The notes beneath the pieces are model-generated. The model saw only the letters and a list, made by a program, of their open reading frames with translations, was not told the origin of the DNA and made no database searches. From assembly GCA_964016885.1 (NCBI GenBank), contig OZ024762.1:27094001-27158000 (forward strand): a stretch of 64,000 bases of DNA, given 5' to 3'. The DNA comes from Eledone cirrhosa. Taxonomy: Eukaryota. A program made the position numbers and the translations under genes. This document shows, piece by piece, positions 42,235 through 56,649 of the stretch (within the stretch, counting starts at the first letter, position 1; each line of letters begins with the position of its first letter).

Positions 42235-44045
42235 TCTCTGTGATATTGTTCATCTTGTCATTAAACCCCTTGTCATTTCTGCTCAAGAAATGTGAGAGAT
42301 ACATCATTGGCTCACAGGAGGACGGAAATACGAACGTAACCCATAATTTATTTATAGACGATCTGAAACTCTCTGCCAAAAACATGGATGGGATGAAGAA
42401 AAATTTTGACCTGGTCAGAACGTTCTCAAAGGATATAGGAATGGAGTTTGGCCAAGGTAAATGCTCATATATGACTGTAAAGCGGGGAAAAACAACAACC
42501 CAATCTAGAAACATTGTCAACAATGTCCTAACTGTTTCACCGATATCTGATGAGGACTGCTACAGATACCTGGGGATAGATGAGAACATATCCTATAATG
42601 TTATCTGTAATAAAGAACGCTTAACCAGGGAATGCTACACTCGATTAAGAAAGATCTGGTCATCGGAACTCTCTGCCCAAAAACAAAACAGTGGCTCACA
42701 ATGTATTTGCTGTGCCTGTCCTAACACCAACGTTTGGAATACTCAACTGGACGAAATCCGAGTTGTTGATGTTGGAACTCGAAAAATACTGAACAATACC
42801 GGAAACTTCCACATCAACAGTGACATAGACCGTCTTTACTTGAAACGTAAGCAGGGAGGCAGAGGCCTAACATCAGTCCAGACAACATTTGAATGTCGTA
42901 TCATATCTCTCCGACAACATCTACGAACCTCGAAGCATATGAGCACGTTTCTTGAGCAAGTCTATCTGCATGAAACAGATAAGATCATGAGAGTTGGGAA
43001 GGAACTCCTTGAGAGATATTCCCTGTGAGATAATCAAAAACTCACACCCAGGGAAGTCGCTCAGCAGTATCGCAGTGAATCCATGGATGAAAAACTGCAT
43101 ACTTATCAGCAAAAAATCATGCATGGATATGTTGCCAGGAAGCTCCAGAGTGAGAGTAATATAGATAAGGAAAGTAGTCTATCTTGGACCAACAACCGCT
43201 ATATTAGCTCCCACTTTGAAGGATACGCTTTTGCAATCCAAGAACAGGAGATCAACACGAAATACCTGATTCACAAAAGAGATAGGGATGCAGGCAAAAC
43301 ACCTAGATGTGATAACAAGTGGTGACTCTACAGAACTAACATCGAGGATATCGCCCATGTCATCAGCAGCTGTCCAAAGATGTCATCGCGGTACTATCTA
43401 CCTATGAGGCATGATGTAGTGGCCAAAACACTGTACAATGCAATCCGTAAAAACAATAGCCCCGATGATAAACACATTAAAAGCTACAGCAATGTGGAAG
43501 ACATCCATGTACATAATATGAAAGAGTAGAATATGTTCCAGTAAAAACCCCAATAAAATGCAGGCATAACAGACCAGATATTATGATATGGGACGGAGAA
43601 GAAAACATGCGCAGTAGTGGAAATTGGCTGCCCAGCAGATGCCAATATAATATCAAAGATTAGCGAAAAGGAGAATATTCATGCAGAACTGATGAGAAAT
43701 CTGCAAATACTCCACCCTGATTATACCTTCAGATTTATACCTGTGATTATTGAGGCACTGGGATATGTTAGTAACTGCATCAATACAAATCTTGAGAAGC
43801 TAGGCTTCACAGGAACAGAAAGAACACAACTAGTTAGGAAATTACAAGTACAATCCATTAATAGAACAGTAAAAATATGTAAAACATTCCAAAAGTTTTG
43901 AATCTAATAACTGCATATACACATGTACAGATACAAAGCATATACACATGCACACCTACAACTCTTGACGGTCTTGTGTCTATGTTAGAAACCGGCTTTC
44001 TCTATTGCGAAAAAAAAAAATTTGTGAAATTATTAAACCAGAAGA
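42235..44045 (+). mobile_element. R4/Dong-like non-LTR element (RT + CCHC + restriction-like endonuclease), pseudogene
   Basis: HNLFIDDLKL, YRYLG, DIDRLYLKRKQGGRGL, AIQEQEI, HVISSCP, MRHDVVAK, NRPDI, EIGCP. Confidence 0.88.
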
Positions 44046-44079
44046 ACACACACAACGCTCAGCTTTATATATGTATCGT

Positions 44080-44146
<67 letters not shown>

Positions 44147-44208
44147 GCGAGCGACGACAGATGAAAGATATATAACACGTTACTGAAAGTTAACTCAAGT
44201 TTGATGGT

Positions 44209-44245
<37 letters not shown>

Positions 44246-44849
44246 TATCTAACACTTTAATTGTATCTCTCTCTGTCTAACGGCCTATCTCTCTCTGCAG
44301 TGTTGTCATATAGGGAGTGAATAGCGACAGAGAGAGTAAAGCAGTTAAATTATAGAGAGGGAGAATGATCTATTATATAGAACGACGTAGAGAGTAAAGT
44401 TAAGAAACTATAGAGAGGTAAAGTCAATAGAAAAAGACCGTTTTGGGGCCCTAAGAGACCACATTTTTCAATATGGAGAAACTCATGTAGAGTTGTCGCT
44501 GCCTAGGGACCTTTTACATTAATGTGTACATTTTCATGACAATCGGAGCGTTGGTACTGCCCTTTTGCCTGTATCAGACAATGTTCGCCCATTTCACATT
44601 TATTTAATAGATGATGCAACATTGATTCTTTGTTCCCTTATATATTAATATGATTGATACTCTGCTCCCCAAGATCATCGAGTGCTCATTCGGCATACCT
44701 CCTACAGACGCAATCAATTTTCGCCTTTAATACCTGCATATATATATATATATATGGAGTGTAACTTGGAGTTATTGTAGGTTCACCCGGGTGAGCACTC
44801 GATGTTTAGCTTCACTTCAGTGTCGAGGTGTAGAGCTAGACAGAGTGTA

Positions 44850-45317
<468 letters not shown>

Positions 45318-45557
45318 AAATTACAAAATATGAGGAAATAATAGATAAAAATATGCCTTTTTTCCCCTCAAAGACCCGACTGCAGTTTCGCCGATCCGTA
45401 TGCAATGTTTTGCATTATAAAAGTGCATCATCATTGTGAGGCTAATACGGCCTATCAAGAGACCCTTGAGGAAAAAGGACTGTTTCTAGCCGCGTTCGAA
45501 GCAGGTGAGAAAACCTCTATAGGCGGAGGGAGGAATTAACATTTGTGACGGGTTTAC

Positions 45558-45599
<42 letters not shown>

Positions 45600-45645
45600 T
45601 ATGTATATATATATATCTATATCTACATATCTATCTCTATCTTTC

Positions 45646-45686
<41 letters not shown>

Positions 45687-45787
45687 TTAGTACATCCTCA
45701 AAACTCAAAACACCTATTGCATACTACGCATCGAGTGCACACTTTGGAGAACCTATAGAGACTTGATATCGCAATCCCTAAACTGAT

Positions 45788-45842
<55 letters not shown>

Positions 45843-45993
45843 CATTTCCTTAAATGCCTATGTATGTATATGTATGGTTATATATACATAAATGTACATA
45901 TATACGTATATACGCAAATACACACACATATGTAAATATATATATATATATATATCCCTATCTCTCTCTCTATATATATATATATATTCTATT

Positions 45994-46400
45994 CTAAGGC
46001 GGGTAAAATTCCCGAGATCCATGGACGAGTTCTCTCCAGCGGTCTCTGTCCCTCATTATCGCTGCCATGTCCTGCGTCTCCAATAGACCAGTGTTTGTCC
46101 TTAGGGCATCAATATACGTTAACCTTGGTCTTCCTTTTCTAGTGTGTCCATGTAGGGGCTCCCAAAGGACCACTGAGTGCAATGTCAACTCTGGATGTCG
46201 GTGAGCATGTCCAGCTAACCTCAGTCTCCTCTGTGCTGCTGTATGTGTCTGAGACTTGGACACTGACCAAGAAACTCACTCAGATGGTGGATGGGTGCTA
46301 CACGAGAATGCTGAGGATGGCTCTGAACATTAATCAGTATACACTGAGGATGAAAAACTCAGAGCTGTATGGGAGCATCCCAAAAGTCAGCTCAAAAGTG

Positions 46401-46401
<1 letters not shown>
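45994..46401 (-). mobile_element. RTE-like LINE 3' end with inverted 5' segment
   Basis: Minus 45994-46235 QRRLRLAGH...; plus 46230-46401 SVLLYVSETW...IPKVSSKV. Confidence 0.85.
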
Positions 46402-46486
<85 letters not shown>

Positions 46487-46899
46487 GTAATATATATACA
46501 TATATATATTAAACAATAAACATAATCATAAAAAAAAACATGTTTTTGAAATACAATCCGACAATAGTAAGAAACACGAAGTTTTGTGTGGATATCGACC
46601 AGACTTTCTACAACATTACATTCATTACTTCACTACCAACGTTGAAAATATATTCTCTATCCCGCTACACTGATCTGGCGCCGAAAATAAACAAGAGAGT
46701 CTATTTGAATATGGAATGCATTAAATTATATTTACATTCTCTCGATCATTAATCAAGCTTAAAATACATATTACATATTCTATTGTTATCTCCTTTTCGT
46801 ATATATATATGCCTCTCCTCCAAGTACAGATATAGATACATATTTAAGCATTCATACACACCCAAACATACATATTATATATATATGTCCATATTTTTC

Positions 46900-46945
<46 letters not shown>

Positions 46946-47018
46946 TTGTGGATGTACCAAAAGACGTACACAGCTATAAAAATAGATGCGTACATGCGTA
47001 TATATATATATATATATA

Positions 47019-47093
<75 letters not shown>

Positions 47094-47163
47094 GTGTGTG
47101 TTTATAAGTATATTTATGTATGCATGCGCGTGCATGCATACATAAATATTCATATATGCATTC

Positions 47164-47363
47164 NNNNNNNNNNNNNNNNNNNNNNNNNNNNNNNNNNNNN
47201 NNNNNNNNNNNNNNNNNNNNNNNNNNNNNNNNNNNNNNNNNNNNNNNNNNNNNNNNNNNNNNNNNNNNNNNNNNNNNNNNNNNNNNNNNNNNNNNNNNNN
47301 NNNNNNNNNNNNNNNNNNNNNNNNNNNNNNNNNNNNNNNNNNNNNNNNNNNNNNNNNNNNNNN
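47164..47363. other. Assembly gap (200 N)
   Basis: Run of N. Confidence 1.
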
Positions 47364-47429
47364 TTGATAGTGGTTGTGGTAATGGTTGTGATGATAAAGA
47401 GGGTGTTGTTCGTGTTGCTGGCGGTGATG

Positions 47430-48218
47430 CTGTGGTGGTGGTGGTGGTGGTGGTGGTGGTGGTGGTGGTGGTGGTGGTGGTGGTGGTGGTGGTGGTGGTG
47501 GTGGTGGTGGTGGTGGTAGTGGTAGTGGTAGTGGTGCTGGTGGTGCTGGTGGTGGTGGTGGTGGTGGTGGTAGTGGTGCTGGTGGTGCTGGTGCTGGGTG
47601 GTGGTGGTGGTGGTGGTGGTGGTGGTGGTGGTGGTGGTGGTGGTGGTGGTGGTGGTAGTGGTAGTGGTAGTGGTGGTGGTAGTTGTGGTGGTGGTGGTGG
47701 TGGTAGTGGTGGTGGTAGTGGTGGTGGTGGTGGTAGTGGTGGTGGTGGTGGTGGCTGTGGTGGTGGTGGTGGTGGTAGTGGTGGTAGTGGTGGTGGTAGT
47801 GGTGGTGGTGGCGGTGGTGGTGGTGGTGGCGGTGGTGGTGGTGGTGGTGGTGGTGGTGGTGGTGGTGGTGGTGGTTGTGGTGGTGGTGGTAGTGGTGGTG
47901 GTAGTGGTGGTGGTGGGGTGGTGGTGGTGGTGGTGGTGGTGGTGGTGGTGGTGGTGGTGGTAGTGGTAGTGGTGGTGTTAGTGGTGGTGGTAGTTGTGGT
48001 GGTGGTGGTGGTGGTAGTGGTGGTGGTAGTGGTGGTGGTGGTGGTAGTGGTGGTGGTGGTGGTGGTGGTAGTTGTGGTGGTAGTTGTGGTGGTGGTGGTG
48101 GTGGTGGTAGTGGTGGTGGTAGTGGTGGTGGTGGTGGTAGTGGTGGTGGTGGTGGTGGTAGTGGTGGTGGTGGTGGTGGTGGTGGTGGTAGTGGTGGTAG
48201 TGGTGGTGGTGGTGGTGA
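47430..48218 (+). repeat. (GGT)n/(AGT) trinucleotide tract
   Basis: Sequence composition. Confidence 0.95.
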
Positions 48219-48564
48219 TATTACTGCATTTTGTTAGACGTGTGTAGAATACATTTGATATATATATACATATATATATGTATATATATATACACACATA
48301 TACATATATATATGTATATATATATATACACATATATACTTACATATATGTCTATACATATATGTGTGTATATATATATGTCTATACATATATTTATATA
48401 TATGTATATATATATATATGTCTATACATATATGCATATATATATGTATACACATACATACATATATATGTATATATACACACATACATATAAAAATATA
48501 TATATACATTTATATAATCTACATATATATACATATATATATACATTTATATATATATATATAC

Positions 48565-48653
<89 letters not shown>

Positions 48654-48654
48654 C

Positions 48655-48703
<49 letters not shown>

Positions 48704-49070
48704 CATTTACATATATATACATTTTTATATTTATACGTTTATATATATATACATTTATATATATATACATTTTTATATATATACATTTTTATATAACACA
48801 TTTATGTGTGTGTGGGGGGGGGGGGCATCCATATTTTTTCGATCTGTACATCGTTTCGTCATTATGAGGGAAAGACGCCTGCCATGATAATGGAAAGACG
48901 CATCAAGTTTCTTTAAAATATTGTTAACTGAAAATCAATGAGTGACGTTGTTTGTCTCTATTATATTGCTATGATGAATTTATAATTATATGATAAATAT
49001 ATATATGTGTGTGTGTGTGTGTTTATATGAGTATGGGTTTGTCTTTTGTGTGTGTGTGAATGGATGTTTG

Positions 49071-49136
<66 letters not shown>

Positions 49137-49623
49137 TATTTACTGTAGTAAAAGTTTAGTTTACATATCCGACTTAAGTAGTCAATTTTGTAACTAATTA
49201 TATATATATACACATGAAGAGACAGGGGGGAGACGTGGGGAGAGAGAGAGATAGAGCGAAAGAGAGAGACAAAGGTGTGGAGTGAGAGAGAGAGAGAAAT
49301 GTGTGGGGAGACAGAGAGAAAGGTATGGAGAGAGACAGAGGTGTGGAGCGAGACAGAGAGAGGTGTGGAGCGAGACAGAGTTGTGGAGAGAGAGAGCGAG
49401 AGAGAGACGTGGGGAGAGAGAGAGACAGAGGTGTGGAGAGAGAGAGGGGGGAGATGCAGTGGTATGCTCAAGCGCGGAGATACTATAAATTGGCTTCTAA
49501 ATAGGGAGAAAACCCTTAAAGACCGTTAAAAGATTTGTCATCGGCCTCTACAAAGAATCGAAACCCGTATCTCTCTATCTCTCTTCCTTTCTCTCTCTCT
49601 CTCTATCTATTCTATCTATCTCA

Positions 49624-49681
<58 letters not shown>

Positions 49682-49689
49682 CTATCTAT

Positions 49690-52600
49690 TCATCTGCCTG
49701 ACGCGTGGAACATCGCCGGTAAGCTTCTTTGTTAATTTCTATGCAAAAAACCGAACTAATTGTTTGAAAATATATAACATTTTGTAGATTAACCCCCAAG
49801 CTGAATTGTCAGACCGGGTGGTAATCCTATTTTTCGCCCCTTTAGGGGCGAACATTTAATTTAAAATTGTTTTAAAATATCAAATTTTGCCAACTATAAA
49901 AATATGAATAGCTCGGAAAGAACGTTGACAGAGAGAAAAGACGTAGAGAGGCAGATATTAACGTGATATCTGCTTCTGTTACTATGGACGTCACCATAGA
50001 TACGACTGTCAACAAAGAGAAAAAAATATTACCACTTGAAGATTTTAAAATTTCTACCGTTGAAGCGGAGAAAAATAACAATGACACAAAGAAAACACAG
50101 GAATTAAACCTATTAACAAACATACACATGAAAAAGTCAACAACAACAACAACTCCATAGATACATCTACAGATAAAATTTCACCTCATCGAGAAATTGA
50201 GATTTCCAACACAGAGGCTAACAACGATAACAACAACAACAACACCATACAGAAAAAATGCCTTTCGCTGAAACAGTGAACAAAAAACAAGATTTTATAA
50301 ATCTTGACATCTCCAATGCAAGAGATATGCTCCAGCAAGGGAGAAAATTTGTAACTGTCGAAGACAAAGGTGGGTTTAGAATTAACTCACCCCTCGAAAT
50401 AAAAGAAGAGACAGTTCGGAGGACAGTGACCTTTAGGACTGTCTCCAACACAACCAGAAAGCCAATATTTGTTAGTCAAGGAGATATAGAAGCCACCTTC
50501 AAGAAGACTCTAGCAAATATTGACTTTCTCCAACGAGGAAAACAGTACGGAAGTGTTTCCGTACTGTTTAAAAGCAAGGCACTCGCCCCAAAACATTCTG
50601 TGACACTAATGGTGTCAAAAGCATTCACCTTTTTCCCTACGTACATGGGAAAAAGGACACAAAAATTAAAAAATTAAAATATACCACCAAACATTAACAT
50701 TAATGCTTCGTAGAGCCAGAGACTGATATGATTCTTTCGATACGAAAGTCTATCAGACAAAGGTGAGCGGGTACTGATTTGGAGATTCTGATGCAAATGA
50801 GGCCGGAGAGAATCTCCAAAATACACGAAAAAGTCGTCATTGACAACAACAAAAAATAAACATTTCGGTGGAGGGTCGTAAACTTCATTGCTTTCGCTGT
50901 GGTAGCACAGCACACATAAAGGCCTCCTGTTCTTCACAAACACTACCACAAACACACACACCGAAATACCACCACCACTCAACATACACCTAACTCACTC
51001 TCCTGACGATTATTATTCATAGACAGATGAGGCTGCTTCTCCTTCTTTGAGTTTTACATAGGCATGCCGGACTTCTTCTCTGGCGTCCTGGAAGCTGTCT
51101 ACTGCAATTGGCCACAGAACGGGAGAATTCGCAGTTCTGCAGGCAAGGGCGTAGTAACGCTGATCAGGAGAGACGAGAACAAGGGGGACGAAATTAACAA
51201 CTTCAGGCCCATAACTTTGCTCAACACAGAGTTAAAGATTTTGGCAAAGGTGCTAGCGACGAGGTTGGTGCTCGTCGTCGAGAATCTTGTAGGGAGAGCG
51301 CAAACGTGTGCAATCCCGACCAGGTACATACACAACAACCTCCACCTCATGCGATACATCATAGATGGGTGGGCAGTAAACCCGGCTTCGATGTGGCTCT
51401 GATCAATTTGGATCAGTCTAAGGCATTCGATAGAATCGACCATCGATACTTGGAAGCGGTTCTCAAGGCGACCGGTTTCGGTCCCGTTTTCAGAGGCTGG
51501 TTCGAGGCGATGCACACCAGAATCTGCTCGAGGGTCAAGGTGAACGGCTACATATCGGAGCCGTTCGCAATCACGCGTTCCATTCGACAGGGATGTCCTC
51601 TCTCCTCCATTCTGTATGTATTGACTCTAGAGCAACTACTGCGAACATTGGTGCTGTTGCAGGGCATCTCTCTAGAACCGGGACAGCGCAAAGCGGCATC
51701 GGCTTAAGCCGACGACGTGACGGTAATGGTGTCGAGAACCTCGGAAATCGTGGTGATTGGTAACTTACTGAAAGAATACGAAACGCCGAAGGGAGCAAAA
51801 CTAAACCCGGACAAGTTTGTCGGTTTACAACTCGGTACGTGGAGAGGCAAACCGATGACGTCCGACCGCGTCGTTCGGCGCTGGACGGACGGACCGGTGA
51901 AATTGCTCGGGGTCTGGTTCGGTCCAGACCTCCAGGTGGAGAAAAACTGGAACGAGGTCACGGCCAAGGAGTTTGCGCTCACCCAGAAGTGGGCAGAGTG
52001 CAAACTGTCCTTGAAGGTTCGAGCGGAGGTGGCGAACACTTTCATAGCATCCGTCATCTACTACCGCTTGACTGTCGTCCCTTGTCCCCGTGAACACCTC
52101 GCCAAGATGGAACGCACGCTCTTCCACTTTCTGTGGAAGAAGCAGGCTCCGCTGGTGAGGAGATCCGTCTGCTGTCAGCACCCTTCCAACGGAGGGATGG
52201 GAATGCCCTGGCTGATGATGCGCAAACGTGCGCTGAGGCTGCGGCATCTCCAGGTATACCTCACCGACCCCTAACCGGTGTGGGCACCGTTTGTGAGACA
52301 AGCTTTTCCACAGCTCGTCTCGCTGACGCAGCTGCAATCCTGGGTCAGGAAGAGACCGAAAACGATGGGCGCCTGGCACATTGAATGCGCTCAGGCGCTC
52401 ACAGTCCTCTGGCAAGCGGGCACAGCAATCAGTGGAGACTCCACTTCGACATTCTATAGAGGGATTGTACGTTACAAGGGCGACGACGTGCTCGGAGAGA
52501 CGCTGGGAGTCGAAGACGATGAGCTCACCAGTCTGTTTGGTAGGACTTTCCGCCCGGGACCTATGGACAACTTCCAGAGGTCCCTGGCCTGGCAGTGCTA

Positions 52601-53294
52601 CCGAGGAGTTCTACCGGTTCGTAACAAGATTTACAGGCACGGACGCCCCGGCAGGGATCCTTCCAAGAGGACGTGTCCAAGATGCGCGCAGGACATTGAA
52701 ACAGTCCTGCACGCAATTGTACACTGCCCGGGCGTAACCGACCTGTGGAACTATGCAGAACAACTGCTGTCGCGTATGGGACAAATCCAGTTGACTGCCG
52801 AGTCCATAGTAAGGATCAAACCGCCAGCCTCTTTCAAAAACGAAAGAGAGGTGTTTTCCTCTGTACAGTGGCTATGGTGAAAGAGGTTATATGGTGAACG
52901 ATATTGAGAGGACTGAGGACAGATGCCTTTCTCTCCGGACAACAATTGATTCTCTTCTTTAAGTATCACTTTAGAAGAAGAAACAGGGTGGAGAGAGAAA
53001 CACTGCACCCCAATAAATTTACCGAAAATGGCCCGAGTGATTGGGTCTTCTCTGTATATAAACCTGTAGGTTAAAGAAGAGAGCAAAGGAAGAAAGGAGA
53101 ACTTGCACAACACGCTCCTGGAGTTGTTCTATCGACGGTGTATTAAACAACCCATTTATGGCGCTTCCCTCATATTGGGGATTTCGATTGTTGTAATTGT
53201 TTGTTTTATATTTTTTTACACGACTGTATGTAAAATCCCCGGCATGTCTTTGTATTGTCCCCTTTTCTTGTGCGCCCTTGTGGCAAATAAAGAA

Positions 53295-53295
<1 letters not shown>
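49690..53295 (+). mobile_element. Tx1/L1-clade LINE, decayed: ORF1 zinc knuckle, APE region deleted, RT pseudogene
   Basis: ORF1 VEGRKLHCFRCGSTAHIKASC (CCHC 50889-50930); NFRPITLLN, LDQSKAFDR, RQGCPLS, *ADDVT, LLGVWF, CPRC...ETVLHAIVHCP; AATAAA then (TATC)n. Confidence 0.9.
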
Positions 53296-53326
<31 letters not shown>

Positions 53327-53559
53327 CTTTCTCTCTCTCTCACTCTCTCTTTCTCTCTTTCTCTTTCTCTCTCTATCTATCTCAATCTCTGCATGTTTTT
53401 TTTATAAGTAACACAGAAGCAGACATTTTCTCCTCAGCCCCCCCCCCCCCCCCCCCGTCACAATCCATCCTACTCCTGTATCCCAGTCCGCAATTTATTT
53501 TTCCCAGCTCCACCAGAAAGAAAACACCGTATCCCACTGTCAGGAGCTAGTGATGGTGG

Positions 53560-54060
53560 TTTTTCTTTGGTCTCCCATCATTTCCCACAGTGCCGGCCGC
53601 CTTCCACACCATGCTGACCTCAACGAGGTCATAAAGCATGGCTTGGACGCTGCGGGCTTCCCTTCCCAGCTCGAGCCGGTGGGGCTGGACCGAGGGGACG
53701 GCAAAAGGCCAGATGGCATGACCATCTTCCCGTTCCGCGGTGGCAAACCCCTCGTCTGGGATGCTACTTGCACCGACACTTTCTGCAGCTGCAACCTGGT
53801 GCAGTCTGCAACTAACCCAGGTTCTGCTGCACGTCGGGCTGAGGAGGCCAAGCTCCTCAAATACCGGTCGCTCTCCGACAGGTTTGCGGTGGTACCCCTG
53901 GCAGTGGAGATCTGTTCTCCTCGACCCTAGGGCTACCTCCCTACTCACCACCTAGGCGCTGAGCTGGCCAGCCGCATGTGTGAACCCCGCGAGCTGGAGT
54001 GGCTTTTCCAGCGCGTCTCCCTTGCCGTCCTCCGTGGGGAACGCCTTCTCCATCCTGTCC
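53560..54060 (+). mobile_element. CRE-type LINE restriction-like endonuclease fragment
   Basis: HADLNEVI...LEPVGLDRGDGKRPDGMT...LVWDATC...KLLKY...VPLAVE...WLFQRVSLA. Confidence 0.85.
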
Positions 54061-54235
54061 GCCAGGGCTGTGGCGAGGGGGGAGGGGGGGCATCGCGTAA
54101 CATTCGATATTTAGGTATCCAGATTAATGGTTTTTGTCCACAGTCTGCAAGTGTTGAAAATTTCACTGTATCATTTACATATAGACTAGAATTTCTTTCA
54201 ACACGCTGACACGTGTATGTGTATGTTATCATAAA

Positions 54236-54430
54236 TGCGGTGGATTGACGGTACCGGTAGCGGTTCAGATGCCATGTTTTGTAGCACAGAGTTGAGGCCC
54301 TTTACGGTCTGAGTTCAAATCCCTCCCAAGTTAACTACCTTTCATTTTCACTTACAGGGTCGGTAAAATAAAGTACTAGTAATGCACTGGTGAAATTGCT
54401 GGCCTTGTGCCAAAAGTAGAAACAATTATT
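54236..54430 (+). mobile_element. SINE with Meta-like core
   Basis: gagttcaaatccc B-box; gggtcggtaaaataaagtactag; homologous to 34284. Confidence 0.8.
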
Positions 54431-54529
54431 ATAAACACGTAAACACAGATAAGTCGCTCAAGTTTATATTTAGATTGTACACACAAATGTAAAATGTAGT
54501 GAATGTTAGACGCTGTTTTGTATAGTTTG

Positions 54530-54780
54530 TCATCACCCCTTCCTTCCTCAGTCATATCTAGTGTGTGACGTCATCATCCATTCCTTCCCCTGCCATCTCT
54601 AGTGTGTGACGTCATCACTCCTTCCTCTCTCCCTCCGTCATCTTTAGTGCATGAGTTCATCAGCCTTCCCTCCCCAGTTATCTCTAGTGTGTGACGTCAA
54701 CGCTCCCTCCTTCCTTCCTCAGTCATCTCTAGTGCCTGACGTCATCACACCTTTCCCCAGTCATCTCTAGTGTGTGACGG
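54530..54780. repeat. ~42 bp minisatellite containing TGACGTCA
   Basis: catctctagtgtgtgacgtca in about 6 units. Confidence 0.85.
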
Positions 54781-54974
54781 AATGACGGACGGGCGGATTT
54801 CGCTCGAATTTATATATCTATTACTAAGTAACAGTAGCTGCTCTGGAACTGATGACCAACATTCTCAGCGAGATAAGTTTTAATGCCACTTGGAAGATGA
54901 GTTATCTGTATTATAAACATTTCTTCTAGTTCGCCTAGGCTATCACCTGAAATATTTATGATTATATGTATATA

Positions 54975-55006
<32 letters not shown>

Positions 55007-56128
55007 TGTGTGGATGCATATGTATCTATCTATCTATATATATATATATAATATATACATATATATATTATATATACATATGTATATTATATATACATAT
55101 ATATATTATATATACATATATATATTATATATACACATATATATATACATATATATATATATATTATATATATATATATACATTGTATTTATATATACAT
55201 ATATATATTATATATAAATTGTATATATAAATTGTATATATATCATTGTATATATATAATTGTATATATAAATTGTATATATATGTTATATATAAATATA
55301 TATACTATATATACATATATATATTATATCTATATAAATTGTATATATATATATGTATATTATATATATATATGTATATTATATATACATATATATATTA
55401 TATATACATATATATATTATATATATACATATATATATTATATATATGTATACATTATATATATATATATATACATTATATATATATATATACACACACA
55501 CACATAAATGTTCACACACACGCATGAGCATATATATTCATATATAATATGTACGCGTGGGTGTGTGCGTGTCTACACATATACACACATACGGACACCC
55601 GTACATACATAGATAGATAGATACATACATACATACATACATACATACATACATACATACATACATACATACATACAGCCATACATACATACATACATAC
55701 ACATACAGCCATAATACATATATACATACATATCCTTCATATATATTAGGTATCGACTACACGTGCAAGCTACATTACTAGATTCCTAACAATTCCAGAG
55801 TTAGATATCAAATGGAGTTTGATATGGTAACTTTCTGTCATGGCGTCAGTTGATGATGAAGAATGATGTTCACCTTGATTCCATTATGTCTTGTGAAATG
55901 GTGAACATCTCAAATAGTCATATACCCAAAGAACCGACATATGCCATTCCAAATTACCGTATATTCATATATATATATATATATATTCATTCACAGATTC
56001 ATAGTACGTAAGTATATATATATGTGTGTGTGTGTATGTGTGTGTGTACATGTGTGTGCGTGTGTGTGTGTGGTGTGTGCGTGTGTGCGTGTATTAACCG
56101 TCTGATTCTCAGATTCAGACCAAAGAAA

Positions 56129-56184
<56 letters not shown>

Positions 56185-56550
56185 ATATGTATGTGTGTAT
56201 GTGTCTATATCTATCTATCACCCTATTTATATATATTGTTTTCAACGCTCCAAATAATGACGTATTATCTTCGTTTTTTTCCCCTTCTTTGCCAGGGAAC
56301 GTTTCCACGAACCAATGTATCGTCTTCCTGTCTTCCTTCGGTTGCAACGTTTTTTGAAATATTTACTTCTGCATTCATAGATTGACTTTTTTAATTTCAG
56401 AAGATCCCGTTAAGTGTGAAAGCAGCGATTCTTTGCTTAAACTTTAATCTGTTATTTTAATAAATATTTACTCTACAGTTCTTATATATTTGATATATAT
56501 TTATCCTTATCGAGCCCTCTTTGAATTTTAATCTTCAAATGTATTATTAT

Positions 56551-56603
<53 letters not shown>

Positions 56604-56649
56604 TATATACATGTATGTATGTGTGTATATCTATATCTATATATATATA

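Larger units (their letters stand above)
40535..44611 (-). mobile_element. Internally deleted Helitron with Pif1-like helicase remnant (~40660-41793)
   Basis: SSGIAATLLHGGRTAHSAFKLP, WDEATMSHK, LLAGDFR; 3' hairpin gcccgagtacaaccgggc then CTAG|T at 40535; candidate 5' A|TCTATTAAATAAA at 44611. Confidence 0.8.

Noticed and set aside
45356-45478. Further hammerhead-like motifs (also ~1420-1456, ~26822-26871, ~48838-48912, ~56398-56432, ~58590-58630)
   Set aside because: Catalytic core or stems are mutated; probably decayed HHRs, so not counted as intact
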